Below are positions 41,458 through 51,368 of a DNA stretch of 64,000 nt, piece after piece; the stretch's first letter is position 1; the number at the start of each line of letters is the position of its first letter. The stretch lies in IMG/VR virus record IMGVR_UViG_3300017589_000061, positions 64,001 to 128,000 of that record; one strand, 5' to 3'. The position numbers and the translations under genes were made by a program. The DNA comes from a virus. A model generated the notes under the pieces. The model did not search any database. It was not told where the DNA came from and saw nothing but the letters and a program-made list of their open reading frames with translations.

Positions 41458-41643
41458 ATGTGGATTAAATCAGATGAAGGTAAATTAATTAATTTAGATA
41501 GGGTTGACACAATAGAAATCAACCCACTAAATTCAATAATATGTAAGATTGGTGATAAGGGAATATGTTTGGGTAGTTATAAATCAGAAGCACAAGCAAA
41601 AGCAACTTTAAACGATTTACAGGAGGTGTTGAAAGGGATATGA
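41458..41643 (+). CDS. Hypothetical protein
   Basis: AGGAGG RBS. Confidence 0.65.
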   Translation: MWIKSDEGKLINLDRVDTIEINPLNSIICKIGDKGICLGSYKSEAQAKATLNDLQEVLKGI

Positions 41644-41744
41644 ATATTGTTAATTTTGAAGATATTAATAGAATAGCAAAGTTATATTCGCTTGGGCGTT
41701 TATATAGATTAAATTAAAAAATTATACATAGGGATGGTAACAGT

Positions 41745-42455
41745 ATGGTAAAAAAAAGACTAGGAAGTGGCTTTGAAATACCACAAACTAATGTATCAAG
41801 AGTGGGTAGAAAGATTATGTTGACTGGTGGAGTTGACGAATCAAGTATTCATGAAATTATGAAATTATTATTTGAAATTGAAAATGAAGATAACGATGTT
41901 GGGTATCAAGGAAGTGCCGAAGTTGCCTTAAATGGAATTGCGGGTGTTTTAGAAACGGAAACTGAAGAATTAACTAAAGATGAAGAGAAAAATTTAATTA
42001 AAATAGTAAATAATTACAAAAGAACCATACATAAACCAACTTGTTACGACAGAGAACCAATAGAACTTTATATAAGTAGTTATGGCGGTGACGGATATGA
42101 GGTGCTAGGAGTCGTTGATTTAATCAGAAATATGAAAGCTCCAGTATATACATATTTATATGGCAAAGCAATGTCAGCAGGTTTCTTAATGTTTATGGTT
42201 GGTGATAGAAGATTTATTTCAAGAAACTCAACTTTAATGATTCATCAATTATCAGGTGGAATGGCAGGAACAATACAAGATATGCGTGAACAATTAGAAG
42301 AATATGAAAGAATGCAAGAACAAGTCGAAGATTTAATAATGCTAAATACACATTTGAATGAAGACGATTTAGAAGGTGTGAGATTTGGTAAATATGATTT
42401 ATATTTAAATGCTGAAGAATCTATTGAGTTAGGGATTGCAGACGAAATAATTTAA
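41745..42455 (+). CDS. clpP: ClpP-family protease
   Basis: LYISSYGG, AMSAG, MIHQ, DLYLNAEESIELGIADEI. Confidence 0.85.
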   Translation: MVKKRLGSGFEIPQTNVSRVGRKIMLTGGVDESSIHEIMKLLFEIENEDNDVGYQGSAEVALNGIAGVLETETEELTKDEEKNLIKIVNNYKRTIHKPTCYDREPIELYISSYGGDGYEVLGVVDLIRNMKAPVYTYLYGKAMSAGFLMFMVGDRRFISRNSTLMIHQLSGGMAGTIQDMREQLEEYERMQEQVEDLIMLNTHLNEDDLEGVRFGKYDLYLNAEESIELGIADEII

Positions 42456-42489
42456 CTTAGAGAGAAGGAAGGTGATAGGGGAAATATGA

Positions 42490-43974
42490 ATGAGTAAGAA
42501 AAAAGAAAAAATTAATCAGGTATTGGTAGAATTTTGTGGCAATAATGCAGTAGACGTGACGGGTTCGATGGTGTATACGAAGTTTTGGGATAATTCGTTA
42601 GGAAGGGATATACAAATATTATTCGATGCAGGCGGCGTACAAGGTTATAGTATTGAAGAATGCTATTCTATGAATTTAAGAGCATTGGAAAAATTTGATA
42701 TTAAAAATTTAGATTTTATATTGATATCTCATCAAAATTTAGATCATATTTTTTTAATTTCAGCCCTTGTTGCTAGAAATTTTACTGGACGTATTATAAT
42801 GAGTAAAGAATGTTACTATTTGTGCATTCCAATGTTAATGGATTCTGCTTTTATTAATGGCAAAGAATCTGAATGGCTCAAAAGAACCAAACAAGCAAAA
42901 GGTAAGGTTTATCTACCACTATATGATGTTTATGACGTAGAAAAGACTAAAAGTTTTATAGATATTACACCATTAAATGAAATAGTACAATTAACACCTA
43001 ATATATCAGTTGAATTATTGCCAAATATACATATGCTCGGTGCTTGTAGCATAAGTTGCTACTACAAAGACACCAACTCAAGAGTGCATAAGCTATTTTA
43101 TAGTGGAGATATCGGAAACTGTGATTCAGAAAAGAGGTTTGTGTATGATTCTCAGATACCACCTAAAAACGCCACTCTTGCAATACTGGAGTCAACTTAT
43201 GGTAAACGACCAGAAATCAATGTAGATAAGAATTTTAGACAAAAAGAATTAAAGATATTAGAAGAAACTTTAGTTAACACAATAATAAATAAAAAAGGAG
43301 ACTGTTGTATTCCGACATTTAGTTTAGATCGTACAGAAAATATTTTATATAATCTAAAACGTATAATGGATAATAATGAACAATTAAAATCGGTTAAGGT
43401 TATATTAGATGGGAAACTTTCAAACACACTACTTGACATATATGAATGGATTTGCACTAATCAAAATAAAACCGACATAAATGAAATAATAGGGTGGAAA
43501 AACTTAATTAGAATAAGAGATTATAAGGCAACCGAAAAAATGCTAGACGATAATACCCCTAAAGTGGTTGTGTCCAGTTCTGGATTTGCAACAGGCGGCA
43601 GAGTAATAAGTTATCTGCGTAAATTGTTACCACAAAAACGAAACACTATCATCTTCTGTGGATTTGCGAGTGAAGGCAGTCCAGCTTATAAAATCAAGAA
43701 TAAAGAACAAACGGGGCAAAGAACAATTAAAATGGACGGTAATACTGTATTGATGAATGCAGAAGTTTTATCATTAGAAAGTTTTTCTAGTCATATTCAA
43801 CATAATTCACTAATTAAGTATGCCCTTCAAATAAATACAGACACAATAGTTTTGGTTCATGGTGAATTATCTGGACGACAAGAATTAAAAGAAGATTTAG
43901 AAAAAGAGTTTAGCCATGAATGTCGTTCAACAAAAGTAATTATACCAAAGAAAAATCAAATATTATATTTTTAG
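42490..43974 (+). CDS. MBL-fold beta-CASP nuclease
   Basis: VTGS, SHQNLDH, HMLG, YSGDIG, ESTYG, PTFSLDR, SSSG..GGR, FSSH, VLVHGE. Confidence 0.85.
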   Translation: MSKKKEKINQVLVEFCGNNAVDVTGSMVYTKFWDNSLGRDIQILFDAGGVQGYSIEECYSMNLRALEKFDIKNLDFILISHQNLDHIFLISALVARNFTGRIIMSKECYYLCIPMLMDSAFINGKESEWLKRTKQAKGKVYLPLYDVYDVEKTKSFIDITPLNEIVQLTPNISVELLPNIHMLGACSISCYYKDTNSRVHKLFYSGDIGNCDSEKRFVYDSQIPPKNATLAILESTYGKRPEINVDKNFRQKELKILEETLVNTIINKKGDCCIPTFSLDRTENILYNLKRIMDNNEQLKSVKVILDGKLSNTLLDIYEWICTNQNKTDINEIIGWKNLIRIRDYKATEKMLDDNTPKVVVSSSGFATGGRVISYLRKLLPQKRNTIIFCGFASEGSPAYKIKNKEQTGQRTIKMDGNTVLMNAEVLSLESFSSHIQHNSLIKYALQINTDTIVLVHGELSGRQELKEDLEKEFSHECRSTKVIIPKKNQILYF

Positions 43975-43994
43975 TAAATTAAATTAAAAAGTAG

Positions 43995-44023
43995 TTGACA
44001 AGCTAAATCAAAAAGTATATACT
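43995..44023 (+). promoter_or_regulatory. sigmaA-type promoter
   Basis: TTGACA-17-TATACT preceded by AATTAAATTAAAA. Confidence 0.75.
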
Positions 44024-44080
44024 ACTAAGTGTAGGATTGTAAATTAGTTCTATACTTAGTAGAGAAAGGAGAGGATTAAC

Positions 44081-44422
44081 ATTAGTGAAATAAAAGGAAC
44101 ATTTTATCAGAAAAGCGAGTTACAAAACATAACTGAAAACAGCACTATACATACGTTATTAAGGTTAATAGAGAATAATACAGACGAAAGCAAAGTAGAA
44201 GATACGTTATTTGAATTAAGAGAATTGAATGATAGGTATTTTAGAAATGATGTGCAAGAAACGATTAATAATCTAAGCAAAGGACTAAATATCTGTCCGA
44301 TATGCGGTGGAGTTTTAACACCTACAATTGAAGTTATTTCACATCCAGAAATAGAAGGCAACTTCAAGGAAGAATCACTCTATTATGAGTGTGAAGAATG
44401 CGGGTTTGATGATCGAGATTAA
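44081..44422 (+). CDS. Zn-ribbon hypothetical protein (probable ATT start)
   Basis: AAGGAGAGG RBS then ATT in frame with 44225; CPICGG...CEECG. Confidence 0.55.
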   Translation: MSEIKGTFYQKSELQNITENSTIHTLLRLIENNTDESKVEDTLFELRELNDRYFRNDVQETINNLSKGLNICPICGGVLTPTIEVISHPEIEGNFKEESLYYECEECGFDDRD

Positions 44423-44451
44423 AAGATTATATTAAAAAGGAGAATAATTAT

Positions 44452-44664
44452 TTGATAAGAGTAATAGGCAACCACGGATGTTCAAGATGTGAAATAGTAA
44501 AACAAATACTTACTAATACTGGTATAGAATTTGAATATGAGATACTATCAGATTTGCCAGAAGAAACACAAAAGAAATATATGAAAGAAGCAAGATCAAA
44601 GGGGCAATTAAACATGCCGTTGATATTTAAAGACAATGAAATTATAGACATAAAGGAGATATGA
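44452..44664 (+). CDS. Glutaredoxin/NrdH-like redoxin
   Basis: GCSRCEIVK; MPLI; adjacent to nrdD. Confidence 0.75.
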   Translation: MIRVIGNHGCSRCEIVKQILTNTGIEFEYEILSDLPEETQKKYMKEARSKGQLNMPLIFKDNEIIDIKEI

Positions 44665-44665
44665 T

Positions 44666-46570
44666 ATGTATTTTAAAACAAATTATGACCAAGAATTTGA
44701 CGATTTGTATATGCATTTAAAAGCAAAATATCCACAGAAATTATTTGATTTAGACGGGATAGGTAAACAACTCGATATGTCTGAATTTAGTAAGAATTTC
44801 TTTTCTTCAAAAGTAACGGCAGATGCAAGTATTGATGCAAACGCAAATGTTGATGATATAAGTGTAATTGCTTATAACACCGAATTACCTAAACCATTTT
44901 TTAGACTAAATAGTTATTATATACTGTGGAAAGAATTAAAAAGATTATATGGGCATGAAACAGCCAATATAATTATAGAAATGCAACTTACGGGCGATAT
45001 TTACATACATGATTTTCATGGTATTGGTGCAGGGATGCCTTATTGTTTCAACTATTCAACATATGACGTTATGACAAAAGGACTGCCGATGGTTAAAAAG
45101 GTAAAGTCTTTGCCGCCTAAATACTTATATGCTTTTAAATCACAGTTAGAACAGTTTACAGTAATTGCATCTAATTCAACGTTGGGAGCTGCTGGATTAG
45201 CCGATGTACTTATAGTTATGAGCTATTATGTAAAAAACATATTAGAAACTAAATCAGATGCACATTTTACATTTGCTACAGAAGAAGATGTTTGGAAATA
45301 TGTTAAAGAAAATCTTGTTTCTTTTATATATACAATTAATCAACCAATGAGAGCTAATCAATCACCATTTACAAATGTAAGTGTTTATGATGGATATTTC
45401 TTAGAAAAATTATGTAACGATTATATATTTCCAGACGGTAGTAATCCAGATATTGAAATTGTTGAAAAAATACAAGCTATTTATTTAAATATTATGAATG
45501 AAGAATTAAGAAGAACGGCATTAACATTTCCTGTAACGACAGCTTGTTTTTCAATAGATGAAGAAAAAAATATAAAAGATGAAAAGTTTTTGAGATTTAT
45601 ATCGGAATATAATAAAGAGTTTGGATTTATCAATCTTTATTGTGGTAATACTTCAACGTTAAGTTCATGTTGTAGACTTAGATCAGAACAAGGTTCAGAA
45701 TACTTTAATTCATTTGGTAGTGGTTCAAGTAAGATTGGCAGTTTAGGTGTATGTTCAATAAACTTTCCAAGATTAGCAATTAAACATCCTAATATAGACG
45801 AATTCTTAATTGAATTAAAAAGAACGGTAGAAGTTTGTGCGAAAATTAATAATGCCAAAAGAAAAATAGTAGATAAAAGAATTAAAAATGGAAACGAACC
45901 TTTATATACATACGGTTTTATGGAATTGTCCAAACAATATTCTACGGTTGGAGTAAATGGTTTTAATGAATGTATTAATTTATTAGGCGAAGATATATTA
46001 GAAGAATCTGGACAACAATTAGCTTTAAAAATATTAGATGCAATAAATGCTACAAATGCTAAATTGCAAAAACAATATGATGCTCCACATAATTGCGAAC
46101 AAGTTCCAGCAGAGAATATGAGTATTAAATTAGCAGATAAAGATAAATTGTTAGGTTATCAAAATACATATGATATTTATAGTAATCAATTTATTCCTCT
46201 TACAACAAACGCTGACATATTGGACAGAATTAAATTACAGGGATTGTTTGATGGTCATTTTTCAGGCGGAGCAATATGCCATTTAAATGTTGATACTCAG
46301 ATAGAAGATACTGAAAAAATAATGGATTTAATTAGAATTTCAGCCAAAAGGGGTGTTGTCTATTTTGCAATTAATTATGTTTTGTCTGAATGCGAAGATG
46401 GACACATGACAGTTAGTAATAATGAAGTTTGTAGTATCTGTGGAAAACCAATTGTTAACAAGTATAGTCGGGTGGTCGGATTTTTAACAAATATCAAAAA
46501 TTGGCACAAAACTAGAAGAGAGTTAGATTTTCCAAATCGTCAATTTTATAAAGGGGTTGATTTAAAATAA
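44666..46570 (+). CDS. nrdD: Anaerobic (class III) ribonucleotide reductase
   Basis: GDIYIHD, YCFN, QSPFTN, SCCRL, PAEN, SGGAICH, CSICG, RVVGF glycyl-radical motif. Confidence 0.95.
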   Translation: MYFKTNYDQEFDDLYMHLKAKYPQKLFDLDGIGKQLDMSEFSKNFFSSKVTADASIDANANVDDISVIAYNTELPKPFFRLNSYYILWKELKRLYGHETANIIIEMQLTGDIYIHDFHGIGAGMPYCFNYSTYDVMTKGLPMVKKVKSLPPKYLYAFKSQLEQFTVIASNSTLGAAGLADVLIVMSYYVKNILETKSDAHFTFATEEDVWKYVKENLVSFIYTINQPMRANQSPFTNVSVYDGYFLEKLCNDYIFPDGSNPDIEIVEKIQAIYLNIMNEELRRTALTFPVTTACFSIDEEKNIKDEKFLRFISEYNKEFGFINLYCGNTSTLSSCCRLRSEQGSEYFNSFGSGSSKIGSLGVCSINFPRLAIKHPNIDEFLIELKRTVEVCAKINNAKRKIVDKRIKNGNEPLYTYGFMELSKQYSTVGVNGFNECINLLGEDILEESGQQLALKILDAINATNAKLQKQYDAPHNCEQVPAENMSIKLADKDKLLGYQNTYDIYSNQFIPLTTNADILDRIKLQGLFDGHFSGGAICHLNVDTQIEDTEKIMDLIRISAKRGVVYFAINYVLSECEDGHMTVSNNEVCSICGKPIVNKYSRVVGFLTNIKNWHKTRRELDFPNRQFYKGVDLK

Positions 46571-47037
46571 ATATTTTAGCAACACAATATACTCTTGCTA
46601 ATAAATCCTTTGAAATATATATGGCTGGCTGTAATGCCAGCCCACATTGTAAAGGTTGTCACTCTGAAGAATCGTGGGATTTCAATGCAGGAGAAGAAAT
46701 TACAAGATTGTATTTTTCTAAAATGTGGCACAAAATAAAAGAATTTGATAATTTAATAGATAAGATTTGGATTTTAGGCGGCGATCCCTTAGATAATGAT
46801 ATCGAAGAAATATATGAAATGGTTAATACCCTTTCATTATTAAATAAAGAAATATGGTTATTTACTAGATATTCATTGGAAGAAGTAAAAGTTAAATTAA
46901 AAAAATATATTAAAGTGTTTGATTATATTAAATGTGGTGCATATGAACAAGATTTAACAGTAGATGATAATATTCAATATGGTGTTAAATTGGCAACAAG
47001 TAATCAAAAGATATATAAAAGAGGTGTTGATTATTGA
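46567..47037 (+). CDS. nrdG: Class III RNR activase, radical SAM (probable ATA start)
   Basis: GC...HCKGCH, LGGDPL, WLFTRY, SNQ. Confidence 0.8.
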   Translation: MNILATQYTLANKSFEIYMAGCNASPHCKGCHSEESWDFNAGEEITRLYFSKMWHKIKEFDNLIDKIWILGGDPLDNDIEEIYEMVNTLSLLNKEIWLFTRYSLEEVKVKLKKYIKVFDYIKCGAYEQDLTVDDNIQYGVKLATSNQKIYKRGVDY

Positions 47038-47483
47038 GAGTTGATAAAGTAAATTACTACTTAAATATAGCACAAACGGTTTTACAACGTTCAACTTGTA
47101 TCAGAAGAGCATATGGCTGTGTTATAACAAAAGATGATGTAATTGTATCCACTGGTTATAATGGTTCGTGTCGTGGAATGAAAAATTGTTCAGATATTGG
47201 AATTTGCAAAAGAGAAGAATTAAATATTCCAAGTGGAGAGAGATATGAATTATGTGTTTCTGTTCACAGCGAACAAAATGCCATTATATCAGCGAAAACA
47301 GACCTAAAGGGTACTACACTATATCTAGTTGGAATTGATTCTAAAACAGGTGAGTTAAATCCTTTTACAGAACCATGTTTGCTTTGCAAGAGATTGATTA
47401 AAAACAGTAATATTGAGAAGGTAATTATCAGAAGGACACCAACAGAATATGAAACACAATTAGTAGCTGATTGGGAATTATAA
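47034..47483 (+). CDS. dCMP deaminase-like protein
   Basis: RSTC.RR, STGYNG, HSEQNA, PCLLC. Confidence 0.85.
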   Translation: MRVDKVNYYLNIAQTVLQRSTCIRRAYGCVITKDDVIVSTGYNGSCRGMKNCSDIGICKREELNIPSGERYELCVSVHSEQNAIISAKTDLKGTTLYLVGIDSKTGELNPFTEPCLLCKRLIKNSNIEKVIIRRTPTEYETQLVADWEL

Positions 47484-47971
47484 AGGGGATTAATATGGGA
47501 AAAGATTTTATAATAAAAGGAATTAAAAGTGTTAAATTTTTAAATAAAAACGGGAATGAAATACCAGATTCAAGAGATGTAGAGCCAATATTACAAGAAA
47601 CAAAGTTAGATATTCCAATTATGGATTTAGTTTTGCATCATACTGTTATCCCATATGAATGGATGGGTAAAGAACCTTTTGTTAAATATGGTTATTTTGG
47701 CGGAAGTAGCCTTTGTGAAAGTTGGTTTTGGCGTGAAGATAAATTGAAAAAAGCTCCAGAAGTTGATTTGTGGAAAATGTATGGATTGTGCAACGAGTAT
47801 TGGCATCATGAATATGAATATTGGGATAGCAAACATGAAAAAGAATTTAGAGATTACAGACGAAGTAAAGGTGAAGATTTAAACAATTGGAATTTAGATT
47901 CAAGCAGCTTTGATATCTGCGATAACCATCCGATCAATTTAAGAATATTTGGAGATAGAAATGAAAAATAA
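47471..47971 (+). CDS. Hypothetical protein
   Basis: ORF. Confidence 0.6.
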   Translation: MGIIKGINMGKDFIIKGIKSVKFLNKNGNEIPDSRDVEPILQETKLDIPIMDLVLHHTVIPYEWMGKEPFVKYGYFGGSSLCESWFWREDKLKKAPEVDLWKMYGLCNEYWHHEYEYWDSKHEKEFRDYRRSKGEDLNNWNLDSSSFDICDNHPINLRIFGDRNEK

Positions 47972-48042
47972 AAGCATTGAAATTTCAACGTTAAAAATTA
48001 GTATAATAAAAGAATAGTTTTAACTGCCGAAAGGAGAATGAA

Positions 48043-48315
48043 ATGATTATTAAAAAAGGAAACGAATTACCAGATAACCCAATGGGATCATTAACTTTAG
48101 AACCTAATTATATTGGAACACATGAAAATGGATGGACTATAACAGGTAAAATTAAAGAAGATTATTATGAATGGGTAAATGAGTTTCATGCCATCAAAAA
48201 TGGGAAAATTGTATTTGGAGATTTTGAAAGTCAAGTATATGCAAGTGATGAAGAAACATATCAAGAATTTATTAAAGAATTCCCCCCGCATGCATGGGAT
48301 TATGGTGATATATAA
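48043..48315 (+). CDS. Hypothetical protein
   Basis: RBS; bounded by sites 48006 and 48312. Confidence 0.7.
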   Translation: MIIKKGNELPDNPMGSLTLEPNYIGTHENGWTITGKIKEDYYEWVNEFHAIKNGKIVFGDFESQVYASDEETYQEFIKEFPPHAWDYGDI

Positions 48316-48802
48316 AGCAATGGTTTTATTAAAAAGGAGATGTTTAATGTGTGTTTATTTGAAATATCAATGTAGGAATGGGAAGAAAAGGGGGATGTAG
48401 AAGGTCAAAAGAAATTAATGAATTTATTAAATGATTTAGATGGTATGATTAAGGATTGTTTAAAATAGAATAATGCAATGTTTTTATTAGAAAAGTAGGG
48501 TAAATAATATGAAAATAATAATGATAATTTTTAGTGCTACTGTTGCAATTTTTTATGGAATATTAGCGTATATAGGTTTTATAAATAATTATAAGTTTGT
48601 GTATTCTAATATAATGGTTGCAATTACTTGGGGTGTTTTTTCTATATTATGGTTACGATTGTATTTAAACGATAAATAGATTAAATTAAAAGTGGGGGTA
48701 CAAATTCCATCAGTATAATCAGAGTTATCTATACATAATTAAAACAATACAATTATAAACATGGTTTTAATCCCCACATAAAATTAAAAAGGAGAAAATA
48801 GA

Positions 48803-49165
48803 ATGTATGTTAAAACTTATTTTGAAGCTAAAAGAGAAATGACGAATTATTGCGACAAAGGAACGTGCAATATGAATAATCCAAATTGCCCATTCAGTAT
48901 TTTAAATAATGGAATGTATGTGAATTGTGTAAAATTAGAACAAGATTATCCTGAATCGGCACAAATAATAATGAAACAATATTTAGATAAAAAGTTTCCT
49001 GAAGGTTATAGAATATGTATAAGAACGCACAAAGCTGAAAGTGTTTATAAATGCAATAAATATGATTCTTGTATGGAATGTCAAAAGGTGGATAAAGAAT
49101 TAGAGATGGTTGTAGATTTAATGGATCAAGCAATAACATTAAAAGAAATGCATGAAAGAATTTAA
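48803..49165 (+). CDS. Cys-rich hypothetical protein
   Basis: AGGAG RBS. Confidence 0.65.
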   Translation: MYVKTYFEAKREMTNYCDKGTCNMNNPNCPFSILNNGMYVNCVKLEQDYPESAQIIMKQYLDKKFPEGYRICIRTHKAESVYKCNKYDSCMECQKVDKELEMVVDLMDQAITLKEMHERI

Positions 49166-49196
49166 TGATAATTAAATTAAAAAATGAGAATAGGAT

Positions 49197-49448
49197 ATGA
49201 AAAAAGTAATAGCAGTTTTAATAATAGTTTTAATATTAGTAACATTAACAGCGTGTGGTAATCAAACAATACTTGATACTCAATACACATTTGAAAAAGC
49301 TAAGATTGAATTTGGTGGCGAAATAATAGAAGTTAATGTAAAACAATGGAATGATTATGAAGATGGATCATTTCAAATTATAGCCACCGATGGCAGAATA
49401 TATCTTACTGATTACATAAATGTATTATTAATACATGAGGTGAAATAA
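49197..49448 (+). CDS. Lipoprotein
   Basis: Signal peptide with lipobox LTAC. Confidence 0.75.
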   Translation: MKKVIAVLIIVLILVTLTACGNQTILDTQYTFEKAKIEFGGEIIEVNVKQWNDYEDGSFQIIATDGRIYLTDYINVLLIHEVK

Positions 49449-49542
49449 ATGTTTATAAGTGCTGGTTCAATATTTGGATTATTTGTGATATTTATATATT
49501 ATTTAGTAATATATAAATTAGGAAATAAATAAGGAGGATAAA

Positions 49543-49965
49543 ATGAAAATTAAATTAACATTACCAACGGCAAAAATGCCACAAAGAGCTAATCCTACGG
49601 ATGCAGGGTCAGATTTATTTGCTACTGAAGATGTTAAAATACCACCTAACTGTCATCATTTTATGGATTTAGGTGTTCAGCTTGAAATTCCAGAAGGATA
49701 TGTAGGTTTAATATTTGCTAGAAGTGGATTGGGATCAAAATATGGTATAAGACCAAGAAATTGTACGGGTGTAATCGACTCTAAATATAGGGGAAATTTG
49801 GGTATGATGATTGAAAACGCAAATGATAATACATATACAATCATCAAAGGAGACAAAATTGCACAATTAGTTTTATTACCGATAATTACACCAGAATTTG
49901 AAGTAGTTGATGAATTAGATACGACCAATGACAGAATGGGTGGATTTGGTCACACAGGAAAATAA
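49543..49965 (+). CDS. dut: Trimeric dUTPase
   Basis: AGSDL, ARSGL, GVIDSKYRG, GDKIAQL, RMGGFGHTG. Confidence 0.95.
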   Translation: MKIKLTLPTAKMPQRANPTDAGSDLFATEDVKIPPNCHHFMDLGVQLEIPEGYVGLIFARSGLGSKYGIRPRNCTGVIDSKYRGNLGMMIENANDNTYTIIKGDKIAQLVLLPIITPEFEVVDELDTTNDRMGGFGHTGK

Positions 49966-49988
49966 TATGAATTAAATTAAAAAAGATG

Positions 49989-50017
49989 TTGACAATTTGT
50001 CCTGTTAAGATTATAAT
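49989..50017 (+). promoter_or_regulatory. sigmaA consensus promoter
   Basis: TTGACA-17-TATAAT preceded by AATTAAATTAAAA. Confidence 0.8.
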
Positions 50018-50044
50018 ATTATCAAGAGGTGAGAAGAACTTTAA

Positions 50045-50608
50045 ATGGAAAAATCTAAAATATTATTACTTGAAGGAGTATCGGGTTCGGGGAAAAGTAC
50101 GTTGGGTGAATATCTTCAAACATTAGGAGTGTCCGAACTAATTTCTTGTACTACTAGACAACCACGAAAAGGAGAAATTCCTAATAAAACATATTATTAT
50201 ATAACAAAGGAACTATTCGATAATATCGATAAGTTGGAAAATACTTGTTATTCAGGGAATTATTATTGTTTATCTCGGCAAGAAGTAGAACGACATAATG
50301 AAGAGTTAGTATATTGTATCGTGGACGAACAAGGCGTAAAACAAATCAGAGAAAATTATGGGGAAGAAAACGTAATAGTGATTTATGTCCACGTAACTAT
50401 GAATCAGATGAAAGAGAGATTAAAAGCAAGAGGTGATTCAGAGGATGAAATTAAAAAAAGAATTGATTATGCAATTACCAATGATGAAATGAATAAGGAT
50501 CGTGAGTTAGCAGATTTTACAATTTACAATGACAATTTAGAAAAAAGCAAGGAGATATTAAAATACATAGTGAAGGGGATTTTAAGTGAAGAAGAAATTA
50601 TTTTTTGA
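50045..50608 (+). CDS. gmk: Guanylate kinase-like protein
   Basis: GVSGSGKST, TTRQPRKGE, YSGNYY, RLKARGD. Confidence 0.85.
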   Translation: MEKSKILLLEGVSGSGKSTLGEYLQTLGVSELISCTTRQPRKGEIPNKTYYYITKELFDNIDKLENTCYSGNYYCLSRQEVERHNEELVYCIVDEQGVKQIRENYGEENVIVIYVHVTMNQMKERLKARGDSEDEIKKRIDYAITNDEMNKDRELADFTIYNDNLEKSKEILKYIVKGILSEEEIIF

Positions 50609-51167
50609 TGTTGACAATACAATCTGCAACAGCACAAAACGTTTTGTAGAAATTTACAACAAAACATATAATGCTAATGCAGATTGGACAAAGTGTTATC
50701 GGTGGGATTATTCAGATATTTGCCCACTACTAGAAGATTCAGAAGTAATATTTGCAAGAGAAGATTTTTATAAAGATATAGAATTTACAGACAAACTCAT
50801 ACAAAATGTAATAGGTATGTTATACCTAGAAAAGTATGATATAAATTTTATTACAATTGGTACAAAAGAAAATCTTAAATATAAGAAATTATGGTTGGAA
50901 GAAAATTTCCCAGTCATAAAAGAAGAGAATTATCATTTGTTGGAAAAAACAAGCATGGGTAAAGAAGAAATTTCCATGCAAGGTGGAATTTTAATTGATG
51001 ATAATTACATTAACCTTTTAACAAGCAACGCAGATTTAAAAATATGTATGCATAAAGAAACCGAATGGAATAAGGGTGTTGAAAAGAGTGGATTTATTAG
51101 ATTACATAATAGTTCAGAATTATTTAGATATATATTGAAATTAGAAAGTGAGGAATTTAATGTATAA
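50586..51167 (+). CDS. HAD 5'(3')-deoxyribonucleotidase-like protein
   Basis: FFDVDNTI, K..WLEENFP, LIDD. Confidence 0.75.
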   Translation: MKKKLFFDVDNTICNSTKRFVEIYNKTYNANADWTKCYRWDYSDICPLLEDSEVIFAREDFYKDIEFTDKLIQNVIGMLYLEKYDINFITIGTKENLKYKKLWLEENFPVIKEENYHLLEKTSMGKEEISMQGGILIDDNYINLLTSNADLKICMHKETEWNKGVEKSGFIRLHNSSELFRYILKLESEEFNV

Positions 51168-51368
51168 GCATAACAAAAATGGATACTTCACACAAGAAGA
51201 ATTGTTGGAATTTAAACATATGACCGATGAAGAATTTGAAGAAAAAATATTAAGACATTTTAATACAAAAGATTTTAAATGCCCACCAGAAAAATATGAA
51301 ACTGTACCATGTTTTTATTGTCAAACTTGCATGAGGAACACACGAATGTTAGTAAAGGAGAAAAAGTA

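Noticed and set aside
32124-46570. Inteins or introns in dnaE or nrdD
   Set aside because: Both are continuous, of normal size, with no splice motifs seen
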